From Corallococcus coralloides (GTDB lineage: Bacteria; Myxococcota; Myxococcia; Myxococcales; Myxococcaceae), in NCBI RefSeq assembly GCF_004104415.1, contig NZ_CP034669.1: DNA of 64,000 nucleotides; one strand, given 5' to 3'. A program made the position numbers and the translations under genes. The stretch's first letter is position 1, and each line of letters opens with the position of its first letter. Positions 28,801 to 36,920 of this stretch are shown here, in pieces. Under the pieces are notes generated by a model that did not search any database, was not told the origin of the DNA, and worked only from the letters and a program-made list of their open reading frames with translations.

Positions 28801-30402
28801 CTACGCGTTGCGGCGCACCATGGCCACGTCGTAGTGGCGCTCCGTCACGTAGCCGTTCGCGGCCTTGCCGGGGCGGTACATGTTCCCGGTCTTGTCATCC
28901 ACGTAGAAGCGGTTGTTCGGGTTCGTGTCCCGGCCCGTGCTGGCGTTCTTCGTGCCCGGGTCGTGGAACGTGTAGTAGGTGCGGCCCTTCTCGTCGACGC
29001 CGCGGCCCGTGATGGTCACGAAGTGGTCCGTGAGGCCGTCCGCGTTGTAGCTCGCGTCCTTGTGGCTCACGCCCACGACCACCGGCTTGCCGGCCTCCAG
29101 CTGCTTGTCGATGTAGTTGCGGCCCTCGGCGGCCTTCTTCGAGTCCACCTTCAGCGCGCCGGCGCCGTTCTCGCTCGTGCCCACCTGGATGCGGCGGTCG
29201 GGGCCCAGCACGGTCGCGCCCGCGTCGCGCGACATGGCCGTCGCGGCCTTGAAGCACGCCGTGTCGCTCGCCGTATAGCCGTGGCCGTTCTCGAACTGGC
29301 TGTAGTACGGCACCTTCACGTGCACCGCCGGCTTGTCCTTGGACGGGGCCACCTGCTCCGTGTTCGCGGGGGCCGCCTCCGTGGTGGGCTTGGACGTGTT
29401 CGTGCCCTGGCCTTCCGTGCGGCCCGGCTTCGAGTCGCCGCTCACGGACGGGGGGACCACGCCCGTGTTGGTGTTGGCCGGCTTCGTCGTGGCGCCCGAC
29501 TTCTCCTGCTTCAGCATCGCGAGCGCGTCCTTCGCCTCCGACTTGAAGCGGTTGGCCACGCCCTTCTGCACGTCCTTGGAGCTGCCGGAGAAGTGCACCA
29601 GGGTGCCGTTGCCGTTGGTGCGGCCGCGCTCGGCGTAGATGTCCTTGATGAGCTGCTCGTCGCTCACCTTCGAGGGGTCGCGCCCAGCCAGCGCCTTCTT
29701 GAAGATGTCATCCGCCTTGCCCGGGCCGTGCTGCACGGAGGTGGACCAGGCCACGTCCCGCAGCGCCGCGGAGCGCTTGTCCAGGTCGATGCCCGTCGCA
29801 CTCTTGATGTTGGCGGCGCCCTTGTCGTAGTGCGTGGCCTTGATGTAGTCGTGCTGCGCCTTGTCGAAGCCCTTCGGGTCCTTCGCCGCCAGCTGCTTCC
29901 ACGCGGCGGAGAACTGCGCGGAGCCCGGCTTGCTGCCCGACAGCGCCTGGTGGTACTCCGGGTGCGTCTTCTTCAGCGAGTTGACGAACGACTGCGCAGA
30001 CCCGTTCGCGGAGGCGAACTGGTAGGAGCCGTAGGACACGCCGCCCTTGTCGCCCTTGCCCGTGGACACGGTGCCGGGGCCGCGCGCCTCGTACTTGCGG
30101 CTCAGCCCGCCCAGCTCCCCGGTGGTCGCGCTGCTGGAGGACGTGTTCGTCGCGGGCGTCGTCGCCTTCGCGCCGTCGGTGGCCTGCGTGAAGCTGTCAC
30201 CCGAAGTCTTCGTCCCCGCGCTCGACTTCGTGGTGCCCTTCGTGTCGAAGCCGTCCTGCACCTTCAGCGTCTTGCCGGCCTGGATCTTGTTCGGATCCTT
30301 GATGTTGTTCGCCTTGGCCAGCGCGTCGACGGTCGTGTTGTAGCGCTTCGCGAGGCTGGTAAGCGTGTCACCCGACTTGATGCGGATATTGGAGACGGTC
30401 AC
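28801..30402 (-). CDS. LysM-domain effector-like protein with central unknown domain and C-terminal papain-fold (C39-like) cysteine-peptidase domain
   Basis: N-terminal LysM IRIKSGDTLTSLAKRYNTTVDALAKANNIKDPNKIQAGKTLKV directly at the start (no signal peptide), then a Lys/Thr/Ser/Gly-rich linker and a conserved-looking central domain (GVSYGSYQFASANGSAQSFVNSL...). The C-terminal domain opens VPYYSQFENGHGYTASDTACFKA...DHFVTITG...YTFHDPG, a Cys..His..Asp arrangement like C39-like/CHAP-like peptidases. Local GC is lower than the genome. Confidence 0.78.
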   Translation of the reverse strand: MTVSNIRIKSGDTLTSLAKRYNTTVDALAKANNIKDPNKIQAGKTLKVQDGFDTKGTTKSSAGTKTSGDSFTQATDGAKATTPATNTSSSSATTGELGGLSRKYEARGPGTVSTGKGDKGGVSYGSYQFASANGSAQSFVNSLKKTHPEYHQALSGSKPGSAQFSAAWKQLAAKDPKGFDKAQHDYIKATHYDKGAANIKSATGIDLDKRSAALRDVAWSTSVQHGPGKADDIFKKALAGRDPSKVSDEQLIKDIYAERGRTNGNGTLVHFSGSSKDVQKGVANRFKSEAKDALAMLKQEKSGATTKPANTNTGVVPPSVSGDSKPGRTEGQGTNTSKPTTEAAPANTEQVAPSKDKPAVHVKVPYYSQFENGHGYTASDTACFKAATAMSRDAGATVLGPDRRIQVGTSENGAGALKVDSKKAAEGRNYIDKQLEAGKPVVVGVSHKDASYNADGLTDHFVTITGRGVDEKGRTYYTFHDPGTKNASTGRDTNPNNRFYVDDKTGNMYRPGKAANGYVTERHYDVAMVRRNA

Positions 30403-30595
30403 GGAGAAGACCCCTCTATGTCAGGCCGCGAACAGACGCGCCGCGGACGTGCTTGGATTGCCCGGATTATCGGGAGGCAATGCGATCAGTTTCGTATTCC
30501 CAGTCACAATCGCGTCAAACCAGTGATTCCGGCAGCTTCAGTTTCAACGGACGGATCCGCTGATACTGAAGAACCTGCCCAGGAGGCCCAGTCGG

Positions 30596-31633
30596 ATGTC
30601 CAGGATCCAACCGGATTTCAAAAGTGTGGCATTGCTGTTTGCCATTTGCGTCACGAGCGCGGTCCCGGAGGCCTCGGCCCAGGGGCCCGAGGGACTCACG
30701 GGGGTCTATTCGAACAAGGGCGGGACGCTGGCCATCGTCGAGGGCAACAACGAGACGCTGGTGCACTTCTCCGGTTCGTTCCCGCAGGGGGAGAGCGCGG
30801 GCACCTGCGATTGCGCCCTGGTCGTCCAGAGGAAGAGCGCGACGAACTGGTCACTTCAGCAGGCGGGCGAGCAGGACGCATGGACGCTGCGCGTCAATCC
30901 CAAGCAGTTCGTGCTGGAGTCCGGTCCGTCACCGTCCTGTTGCGGAGCCGGCTACCCGGGCAAGGACACCTTCGCCCGGAGCACGGCCAGGCCGCTGGGC
31001 ATCTGCAAGGTGAAGGTGTCCAAGGCGGGCTTCCACGCGTCGGACGCGGCCAACACGCCGCGCAAGGCGTTCGTGGTGTCCGGCGACGCGGTGGAGGCCT
31101 ACGTCGACCCGGTGGAGCCGGACTTCCTCGCCGCGCGCTTCCAGGGGCCCCAGAAGGCCACGGCGGGGCTGCTCAAGCGCGAGGACCTGGACTGTGCGGC
31201 GGAGTCCGCGCCCAAGGCCGCCGTGAAGGCCCCCGTGGCCGCGGACAAGCTCCAGCCCTTCGCGGGGACGTGGGTGGAGCTGACGCGGCAGGGCAAGGGC
31301 TTCGTGGTGCTCAAGCCCTGCTCGGCCGCGACGCGCAGCTTCACGGTCAAGCCCGCCACGGGCGAGGTGGAGGTGCAGCTGGGCCAGGAGGCCACGACGC
31401 TGAAGGTGACGTCCGTGGAGCCCGGCAAGGGCGCCGGGGCCTGGGTGCTGGGGCTCACGGCCGCGGACGGCAAGCCGGAGGCGCTCCAATGGAAGACGGC
31501 CGACGCCGCGAAGGGCACCGTGTCCGTGAACAGCCCGGACCTCTTCTCCCAGAGCCACGACTACGTGCGCCAGGAGAAGAAGTCCGCCTTCCCGTCCAAG
31601 CAGGAGACGGGGTGCGACGAGTACGAGCGCTAA
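30596..31633 (+). CDS. secreted hypothetical protein (signal peptide), divergent partner of the LysM effector gene
   Basis: Signal peptide MSRIQPDFKSVALLFAICVTSAVPEASAQ, several Cys pairs (CDC, CCG) and no recognisable domain. Confidence 0.65.
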   Translation: MSRIQPDFKSVALLFAICVTSAVPEASAQGPEGLTGVYSNKGGTLAIVEGNNETLVHFSGSFPQGESAGTCDCALVVQRKSATNWSLQQAGEQDAWTLRVNPKQFVLESGPSPSCCGAGYPGKDTFARSTARPLGICKVKVSKAGFHASDAANTPRKAFVVSGDAVEAYVDPVEPDFLAARFQGPQKATAGLLKREDLDCAAESAPKAAVKAPVAADKLQPFAGTWVELTRQGKGFVVLKPCSAATRSFTVKPATGEVEVQLGQEATTLKVTSVEPGKGAGAWVLGLTAADGKPEALQWKTADAAKGTVSVNSPDLFSQSHDYVRQEKKSAFPSKQETGCDEYER

Positions 31634-32640
31634 CGCGCCCGTGAGCGACGCCGGGCCCGCAGGCCCCCGCCGAGCAGCAGCGCGACGAGCGCACCGGACA
31701 GGGGGCCCCCCCGCGTCGACGGTCCCCGCACCGACAATCCACGCTCTGCAGTTCGATGAGGGATTGGCGCTCCGCCTCTGACTTGCGGTGGCTGGCGATG
31801 TCCGCGAGCTGCTTCTCCTCCTCGCTGCGGATGCGCTTGAGCTCCACGGCGGCCTGGGCCTCCTGGCGTGAGGCGTCCAGCTGGATCTGGATGTTGGTGT
31901 CGATGGCCTCGCGCAGCTTCAGGGCTGTCTTCTCATCGACGGGGGCGATGTCCTTGATGTCGATGTCGATGATGCGCAGCTGGTTCTCGGAGAAGAGGCG
32001 GTCCTTGCGCGCGCGGCCCGCGTCATCCATGCCGAAGATGGCGCGGCGGATGAGCACGCTGGCGTTCTTGTGGAAGGTCTCGAACTCGTTCTCCGCGGCG
32101 ACCTGGCGGATGCGCGACGCGAGGTTCTCACACACGTACCCGATGAAGTCGTTCACCCGGAAGATGGACTTGTCCTTCTCCGGGTCGCCCTGCACGTCGA
32201 ACTGCCACTTGTAGGAAAGCTTGATGCGCAGCCGCGCGTGGTCGCGCGTGGCCACCTCGAACAGATCCGTGGCGAAGTCCGGCCCCAGCCGCAGCATCAG
32301 CACCTTGAGCTGGCGCGGACGCTTGGGCGTGCTGCCGGACAGGTCCAGCACGGTGACGTCCTCGTACGGGCGCAGCATCACCTTCGCGGGGCCGAACTCC
32401 ACGCGCGCGTGGTTGGTCTCGAAGTCGTTGATGAGGACCGCCGTGTTGTCCTCGATGCGCAGCACGATGGCGCGCGTGCGGTCCCCCTTCTCCGTCGCGA
32501 TCATGGGGCGAGGAGCGCGTGAGCACGCGCGGGCCGACTTCCATCAGCACGACGCCGCGGTTGGCGTCTTCGATGTATGCGTACTCGCGGTTCTTCAGGG
32601 AGATGCGCTGGATGGCTTCGGTGCTGGGGGCGGACGGCAT
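31630..32640 (-). pseudogene. major-vault-protein (MVP) repeat / SPFH-shoulder-like protein, read in three frames (two frameshifts)
   Basis: From ATG at 32640: RISLKNREYAYIEDANRGVVLMEVGPRVLT; then in another frame RAIVLRIEDNTAVLINDFETNHARVEFGPAKVMLRPYEDV. Both match the Vault repeat consensus (vRLxPgEyvhVlDxnTgxxRvevGPqtyvL). This is followed by a band-7/shoulder-like domain (IIDIDIKDIAPVDEKTALKLREAIDTNIQIQLDASRQEAQAA), a coiled coil, and in a third frame a hydrophobic tail LSGALVALLLGGGLRARRRSRAR*. Frame changes occur near 32505 (run of Gs) and near 31700-31745 (gggggccccccc run). Confidence 0.55.
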
Positions 32641-32883
32641 GGCACACCTGCTCGCGGGGGTGGGGTTCGGCCGTGAGACATTGCGAGCCCCATGCCGTCA
32701 CCGCTCCGCCCTGGAACGGCCCCGCACCGCGCCGGACTGGCATGGGTGCTCGCTCCAGTCCGGTGCGTGGTGTTCCAGACTGGAGCGCCTGCCGAGCTTG
32801 GAACGCTGCTCGGCGTCTGTTCGAATGCATCCTGTGCGCGGGCGGGGATGCTCCGGCCCGATGGCACCCACCCCGGAGGAAAC

Positions 32884-33114
32884 ATGAAGGCATCGCGACT
32901 GAAGCAGATGGTTCCTGGATTCGCGCTGATCATCGGCATCATGGCGGGCACGGCGCTGGCCATGGTTCCCGGCTCGACGGCGGAGACGAGCGAGAATCAG
33001 ACGTCTGCTGTCCAGATGATCTGTTCCCGCACCTGTAAGCCGTGCTCGACCCAGTTTGAGTGTGGAACGAACGGGGGTTCATGCGGGGTCTGGCGCTGCA
33101 CCAATCCTCAGTAG
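32884..33114 (+). CDS. small secreted cysteine-rich peptide precursor (76 aa, 6 Cys in mature part)
   Basis: MKASRLKQMVPGFALIIGIMAGTALAMVPGSTA|ETSENQTSAVQMICSRTCKPCSTQFECGTNGGSCGVWRCTNPQ*. Its 3' end is the first bases of the tandem repeat unit. Confidence 0.6.
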   Translation: MKASRLKQMVPGFALIIGIMAGTALAMVPGSTAETSENQTSAVQMICSRTCKPCSTQFECGTNGGSCGVWRCTNPQ

Positions 33115-33140
33115 ACACCTGAAAGAAGCGCCCCCATCCG

Positions 33141-33164
33141 CCTCCGAGTCCCAGGGCTCGGAGG
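33141..33164 (+). promoter_or_regulatory. 24-nt palindrome upstream of toxin gene copy 1
   Basis: CCTCCGAGtcccagggCTCGGAGG followed by ctttcc, 22 nt before the ATG. It is conserved in all three repeat units and could act as a hairpin, attenuator or operator. Confidence 0.35.
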
Positions 33165-33185
33165 CTTTCCAATTGTTGCGAAGAG

Positions 33186-34115
33186 ATGGCCATGCGTCTC
33201 CGGACATGCGGTGCCCTTTTGCTGCTGCTCGTTTTCTCGGCCTGCGCCACGACGGAGCCACGCGCCCGTGCGCCAGCGGCCCGCGGCACGAGGGCTGCCA
33301 ACCTCCAACGAGCGGCGGCGCTGCCCTGGAAGGATGATGGGCGGTGCGTTGTCCGCGAGGCGTCCCAGCCTTGGCCCGTGCTGGTGGAGCGGTGCTATCC
33401 GGCGCTCGACCATGACCGCGTCGAGTTCCGTGACACCACGGGAAGATGCACGGTCGCCTCCGCTGCCGCCGCGACCTTGGGAATCGGGTTCTGCGTGCTG
33501 GCGGCCCCTGAAATCGCCGTGGGAGCCGTCATCGTCCTGGGCGTGGTGGTGGTCGGCGTCGCCATCAAGGATGCACTGGATGCGTACGAGTTCCGCCACC
33601 ACTACCCCGAGGAAGCGGGAACCTCACGGGGGACGAAGGTCGCGTCCCGAGATGCCGCAGCGAAGCCGAAGCCCAAGCTGCAACCGGAGCCAGCGGGCCA
33701 GGGCAGACAGCCCCCGGTGCCGCCAGTGCCCGTGGACAGGACGGGCCGCGCCAGCTGCGAGCCTGTTCCCGTGCGTCACGCAGGCGAGGATCGTGCGCAT
33801 AACGAGTGTGCCGATAAGTTTCCGCCCAACCGTTATCCCGGGATGGATGTGCTTGTTGGCGGTGTACGCTTCGATGCGCTGCAAGTCGGTGTCCGCAAAC
33901 TGTGGGAGATCAAGACCCACCAATTCGATTCGTACAATGATTTCATCCGCGACAGGGAAATTGAAAAGGAACTGATTCAACTAGAGAGTGAGCGAAGAGT
34001 CGCTGAGGCTTGTGGATATGACTTCATCGTTGGGGTGAGTACCGAGGCGCACAAAGCGGCGCTGGAGGAACTGGAACCCACTCTCATTATCGTCGTCACA
34101 GGGTGTCAACGATGA
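33186..34115 (+). CDS. lipoprotein polymorphic toxin with C-terminal PD-(D/E)xK-like nuclease domain (copy 1)
   Basis: Lipobox MAMRLRTCGALLLLLVFSAC, a Cys-containing N-domain, a ~35 aa hydrophobic TM hairpin-like segment, a Pro-rich linker, and a C-terminal GMDVLVGGVRFDALQVGVRKLWEIKTHQFDSY (D...E-x-K arrangement of restriction-endonuclease-fold toxins). The last ~60 aa differ between copies. Confidence 0.8.
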   Translation: MAMRLRTCGALLLLLVFSACATTEPRARAPAARGTRAANLQRAAALPWKDDGRCVVREASQPWPVLVERCYPALDHDRVEFRDTTGRCTVASAAAATLGIGFCVLAAPEIAVGAVIVLGVVVVGVAIKDALDAYEFRHHYPEEAGTSRGTKVASRDAAAKPKPKLQPEPAGQGRQPPVPPVPVDRTGRASCEPVPVRHAGEDRAHNECADKFPPNRYPGMDVLVGGVRFDALQVGVRKLWEIKTHQFDSYNDFIRDREIEKELIQLESERRVAEACGYDFIVGVSTEAHKAALEELEPTLIIVVTGCQR

Positions 34116-34867
34116 CTACGCGAAAAAGACTCACTCTCATTGTCTACGGGCCTGCGCTCTTGGTTGACGACAGCCGCCCCGTCGCCATCGTCAATGGGCT
34201 GGAGAAGGCGTTGCCCAGCTTACGACTGGAGTGGGAAGTCGGAGAAGGCGGGCGCCTTATTGCATTGCCACGGCGCGACGAATGGCTCTTGGCGAGCATT
34301 GAGGATGGAGGATTCCCTCTCATATGCAACGGGGACGAGAGTTATCCCGTGACGGTCAATGGAAGGGACCGGTCCGAGCTCTTCAGTCCCGGCGGCCAGG
34401 CCCAATTTGAAGTTCATGCCAAGCTGCCACTCGACGCACCTGTAATCGCTGCAGCGGCGGCTCTGCTTGAGGCCGTGGCGGAAGGGGCTCGTGCGTTCTG
34501 GGGGCACGCGTCGCCGTATGGTTACGGCTCGGAAGTAGCGAAGCAGTTCCGCCGCTCACCGGATGGGCCCGATCTCTCACCCCGTGGGCTTCCCATGCTC
34601 AACCTTCCCCAGAAAAGCCCCAGGCCTGAGACGCCCTATTTCCTGGGGTGGCTGAACTACTGGTCCGCTGCCGCCGCGGAGGTCATCGGGTTCCCGGATC
34701 CTGCTCGCGATGCCGAGCTGCTCTCGCGGGCGCGTCGCACTCCGTCGGGCGGGTGGATCGTGCAGCTCACGGAGACACCGCTCGATTACGACAACCCCCT
34801 GCACGTGGAAGCGCTCAAGCGGACCTATGAGCGCTTCCCGGAGATCGGTGGACGCGAGGGGCCCTGA
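34112..34867 (+). CDS. cognate immunity-like protein (copy 1)
   Basis: ATGA overlap with the toxin stop. The N-terminal ~110 aa are variable between copies and the C-terminal ~130 aa are nearly identical (…WLNYWSAAAAEVIGFPDPARDAELLSRARRTPSGGWIVQLTETPLDYDNPLHVEALKRTYERFPEIGG). Confidence 0.75.
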   Translation: MTTRKRLTLIVYGPALLVDDSRPVAIVNGLEKALPSLRLEWEVGEGGRLIALPRRDEWLLASIEDGGFPLICNGDESYPVTVNGRDRSELFSPGGQAQFEVHAKLPLDAPVIAAAAALLEAVAEGARAFWGHASPYGYGSEVAKQFRRSPDGPDLSPRGLPMLNLPQKSPRPETPYFLGWLNYWSAAAAEVIGFPDPARDAELLSRARRTPSGGWIVQLTETPLDYDNPLHVEALKRTYERFPEIGGREGP

Positions 34868-34989
34868 TGCCCCGTTGCCGTTACCGCGCGTCCGCGCTCA
34901 GCGCCGTGCTTGTCGCGTACTCGGCCGTGACCAGGGCGAGGGCTCCTGCGGGGGGGGTGGCGCTGCACCAACCCGATGTAGACACCTGA
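34867..34989 (+). pseudogene. degenerate remnant of the Cys-rich peptide gene (unit 1/2 junction)
   Basis: tgATG overlap with the immunity stop. It encodes MPRCRYRASALSAVLVAYSAVTRARAPAGGVALHQPDVDT*. Its 3' DNA is homologous to the 3' end of the 32884..33114 gene. Confidence 0.3.
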
Positions 34990-35008
34990 CGGGAAGCATT
35001 CCCATCAG

Positions 35009-35032
35009 CCTCCGAGTCCCAGGGCTCGGAGG
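35009..35032 (+). promoter_or_regulatory. 24-nt palindrome upstream of toxin gene copy 2
   Basis: Identical CCTCCGAGtcccagggCTCGGAGG, 22 nt before the ATG at 35054. Confidence 0.35.
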
Positions 35033-35053
35033 CTTTCCAATTGTTGCGAAGAG

Positions 35054-35983
35054 ATGGCCATGCGTCTCCGGACATGCGGCGCCCTTTTGCTTCTGCTCAT
35101 TCTTTCGGCCTGCGCCACGACGGAGCCACGCCCCAGGGCGTCAGCGGCCCGCGGCACGAGGGCTGCCAACCTCCAACGAGCGGCGGCGCTGCCCTGGAGG
35201 GATGACGGGCGGTGCGTTGTCCGCGAGGCGTCCCAGCCCTGGCCCGTGCTGGTGGAGCGGTGCTATCCGGCGCTCGATCATGATCGCGTCGAGTTCCGTG
35301 ACACCACGGGAAGATGCACGGTCGCCTCCGCTGCCGCCGCGACCGTGGGAATCGGGTTCTGCGTGCTGGCGGCCCCTGAAATCGCCGTGGGAGCCGTCAT
35401 CGTCCTGGGCGTGGTGGTGGTCGGCGTCGCCATCCAGGAAGAATGGGACGCCTATGAGCTCCGCCATCTCTACCCCGAGGAAGCAGGAACCTCACGGGGG
35501 ACGAAGGTCGCGTCCCGAGATGCTGTAGAGAAACCGAAGCCCAAGCTGGAACCGGAGCCAGCGGGCCAGGGCAGACAGCCCCCGGTGCCGCCTGTGCCCG
35601 TGGACAGGACGGGCCGCGCCAGCTGCGAGCCTGTTCCCGTGCGTCACGCGGGCGAAGATGATCCCCATAACGAGTGTGCCGATAGGTTTCCGCCCAACCG
35701 TTATCCAGGGATGGACGTACTTGTGGGCGGTGTACGCTTCGATGCGTTGCAAGTCGGCGCGCGTGTGTTGTGGGAGATCAAGACCCATCAATTTGATTCG
35801 TACAATTCCTATATCCAAAAAAGAGAGATCGCGAAGGAACTCAAGCAATTGGACAAGGAGCGAGCCGTCGCATTGGCATGTGGATATCGCTTCGTTATTG
35901 GGGTGAGCACCCAAGCGCACAAAGACGCGCTACTCGAAGCAGATTCCTCATTCGATGTCGTCGTCACGGGATGCACACGATGA
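35054..35983 (+). CDS. lipoprotein polymorphic toxin, PD-(D/E)xK-like C-terminus (copy 2)
   Basis: 309 aa. It is near-identical to copy 1 through residue ~230, and its C-terminal tail diverges (…YNSYIQKREIAKELKQLDKERAVALACGYRFVIGVSTQAHKDALLEADSSFDVVVTGCTR). Confidence 0.8.
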   Translation: MAMRLRTCGALLLLLILSACATTEPRPRASAARGTRAANLQRAAALPWRDDGRCVVREASQPWPVLVERCYPALDHDRVEFRDTTGRCTVASAAAATVGIGFCVLAAPEIAVGAVIVLGVVVVGVAIQEEWDAYELRHLYPEEAGTSRGTKVASRDAVEKPKPKLEPEPAGQGRQPPVPPVPVDRTGRASCEPVPVRHAGEDDPHNECADRFPPNRYPGMDVLVGGVRFDALQVGARVLWEIKTHQFDSYNSYIQKREIAKELKQLDKERAVALACGYRFVIGVSTQAHKDALLEADSSFDVVVTGCTR

Positions 35984-36735
35984 CCAGACCTGGACGCCTC
36001 ACCTTCATTGTCTACGCGCCTGCTCTCGTGGGTAAAGATGGCCGCACGCTCGATGTCGTCCATGGGATGGAAAGGGCCTTCCCTGGCTTGCGGCTGGCGT
36101 GGCGGCTCTCGGATGGCGGTCGCCCCATCGCGCTGCCGCGACGCGACGATTGGCTCGTGGAAAAGATTGAGGACGGGGGATTCCCCATTGTGTGCAACGG
36201 GGACGAGGGTTACCCCGTGACGGTGATGGGGTGGGGAAGACTGGGAATCCTCAAGCCGGGCGGTCAGCCCCAGTTCGAAGTGCATGCAGAAATGCCTTTA
36301 GACGAGCCAGTGATCGCGGCGGCGGCGGCCGTGCTTGAGGCCATGGCGGAGGGAGCACGCTCATTCTGGGGCCACGCGTCGCCGTATGGTTACGGCTCGG
36401 AAGTAGCGAAGCAGTTCCGCCGTTCGCCGGACGGACCTGAGCTCTCCCCCCGTGGGCTTCCCATGCTCACCCTTCCCGAAAAGAGCCCCAGGCCGGAGAC
36501 GCCCTCTTTCCTGGGCTGGGTGAACTATTGGTCCGCTGCCGCCGCGGAGGTCATCGGGTTCCCCGATCCTGCTCGCGATGCCGAGCTGCTCTCGCGGGCG
36601 CGTCGCACTCCGTCGGGCGGGTGGATCGTGCAGCTCACGGAGACACCGCTCGATTACGACAACCCCCTGCACGTGGAAGCGCTCAAGCGGACCTATGAGC
36701 GCTTCCCGGAGATCGGTGGACGCGCGGGGCCCTGA
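35980..36735 (+). CDS. cognate immunity-like protein (copy 2)
   Basis: ATGA overlap. Its N-terminus diverges (MTRPGRLTFIVYAPALVGKDGRTLDVVHGMERAFPGLRLAWRL...) and its C-terminus is identical to copy 1. Confidence 0.75.
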   Translation: MTRPGRLTFIVYAPALVGKDGRTLDVVHGMERAFPGLRLAWRLSDGGRPIALPRRDDWLVEKIEDGGFPIVCNGDEGYPVTVMGWGRLGILKPGGQPQFEVHAEMPLDEPVIAAAAAVLEAMAEGARSFWGHASPYGYGSEVAKQFRRSPDGPELSPRGLPMLTLPEKSPRPETPSFLGWVNYWSAAAAEVIGFPDPARDAELLSRARRTPSGGWIVQLTETPLDYDNPLHVEALKRTYERFPEIGGRAGP

Positions 36736-36848
36736 TGCCCCGTTGCCGTTACCGCGCGTCCGCGCTCAGCGCCGTGCTTGTCGCGTACTCGGCCGTGACC
36801 AGGGCGAGGGCTCCTGCGGGGGTGTGGCGCTGCACCAACCCGATGTAG
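36735..36848 (+). pseudogene. degenerate remnant of the Cys-rich peptide gene (unit 2/3 junction)
   Basis: MPRCRYRASALSAVLVAYSAVTRARAPAGVWRCTNPM* retains the GVWRCTNP C-terminus of the intact peptide gene. Confidence 0.3.
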
Positions 36849-36875
36849 ACACCTGACGGGAAGCATTCCCATCAG

Positions 36876-36899
36876 CCTCCGAGTCCCAGGACTCGGACG
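36876..36899 (+). promoter_or_regulatory. palindrome variant upstream of toxin gene copy 3
   Basis: CCTCCGAGtcccaggaCTCGGACG, a slightly degenerated copy. Confidence 0.3.
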
Positions 36900-36920
36900 C
36901 TTTTCAATTGTTGCGAAGAG

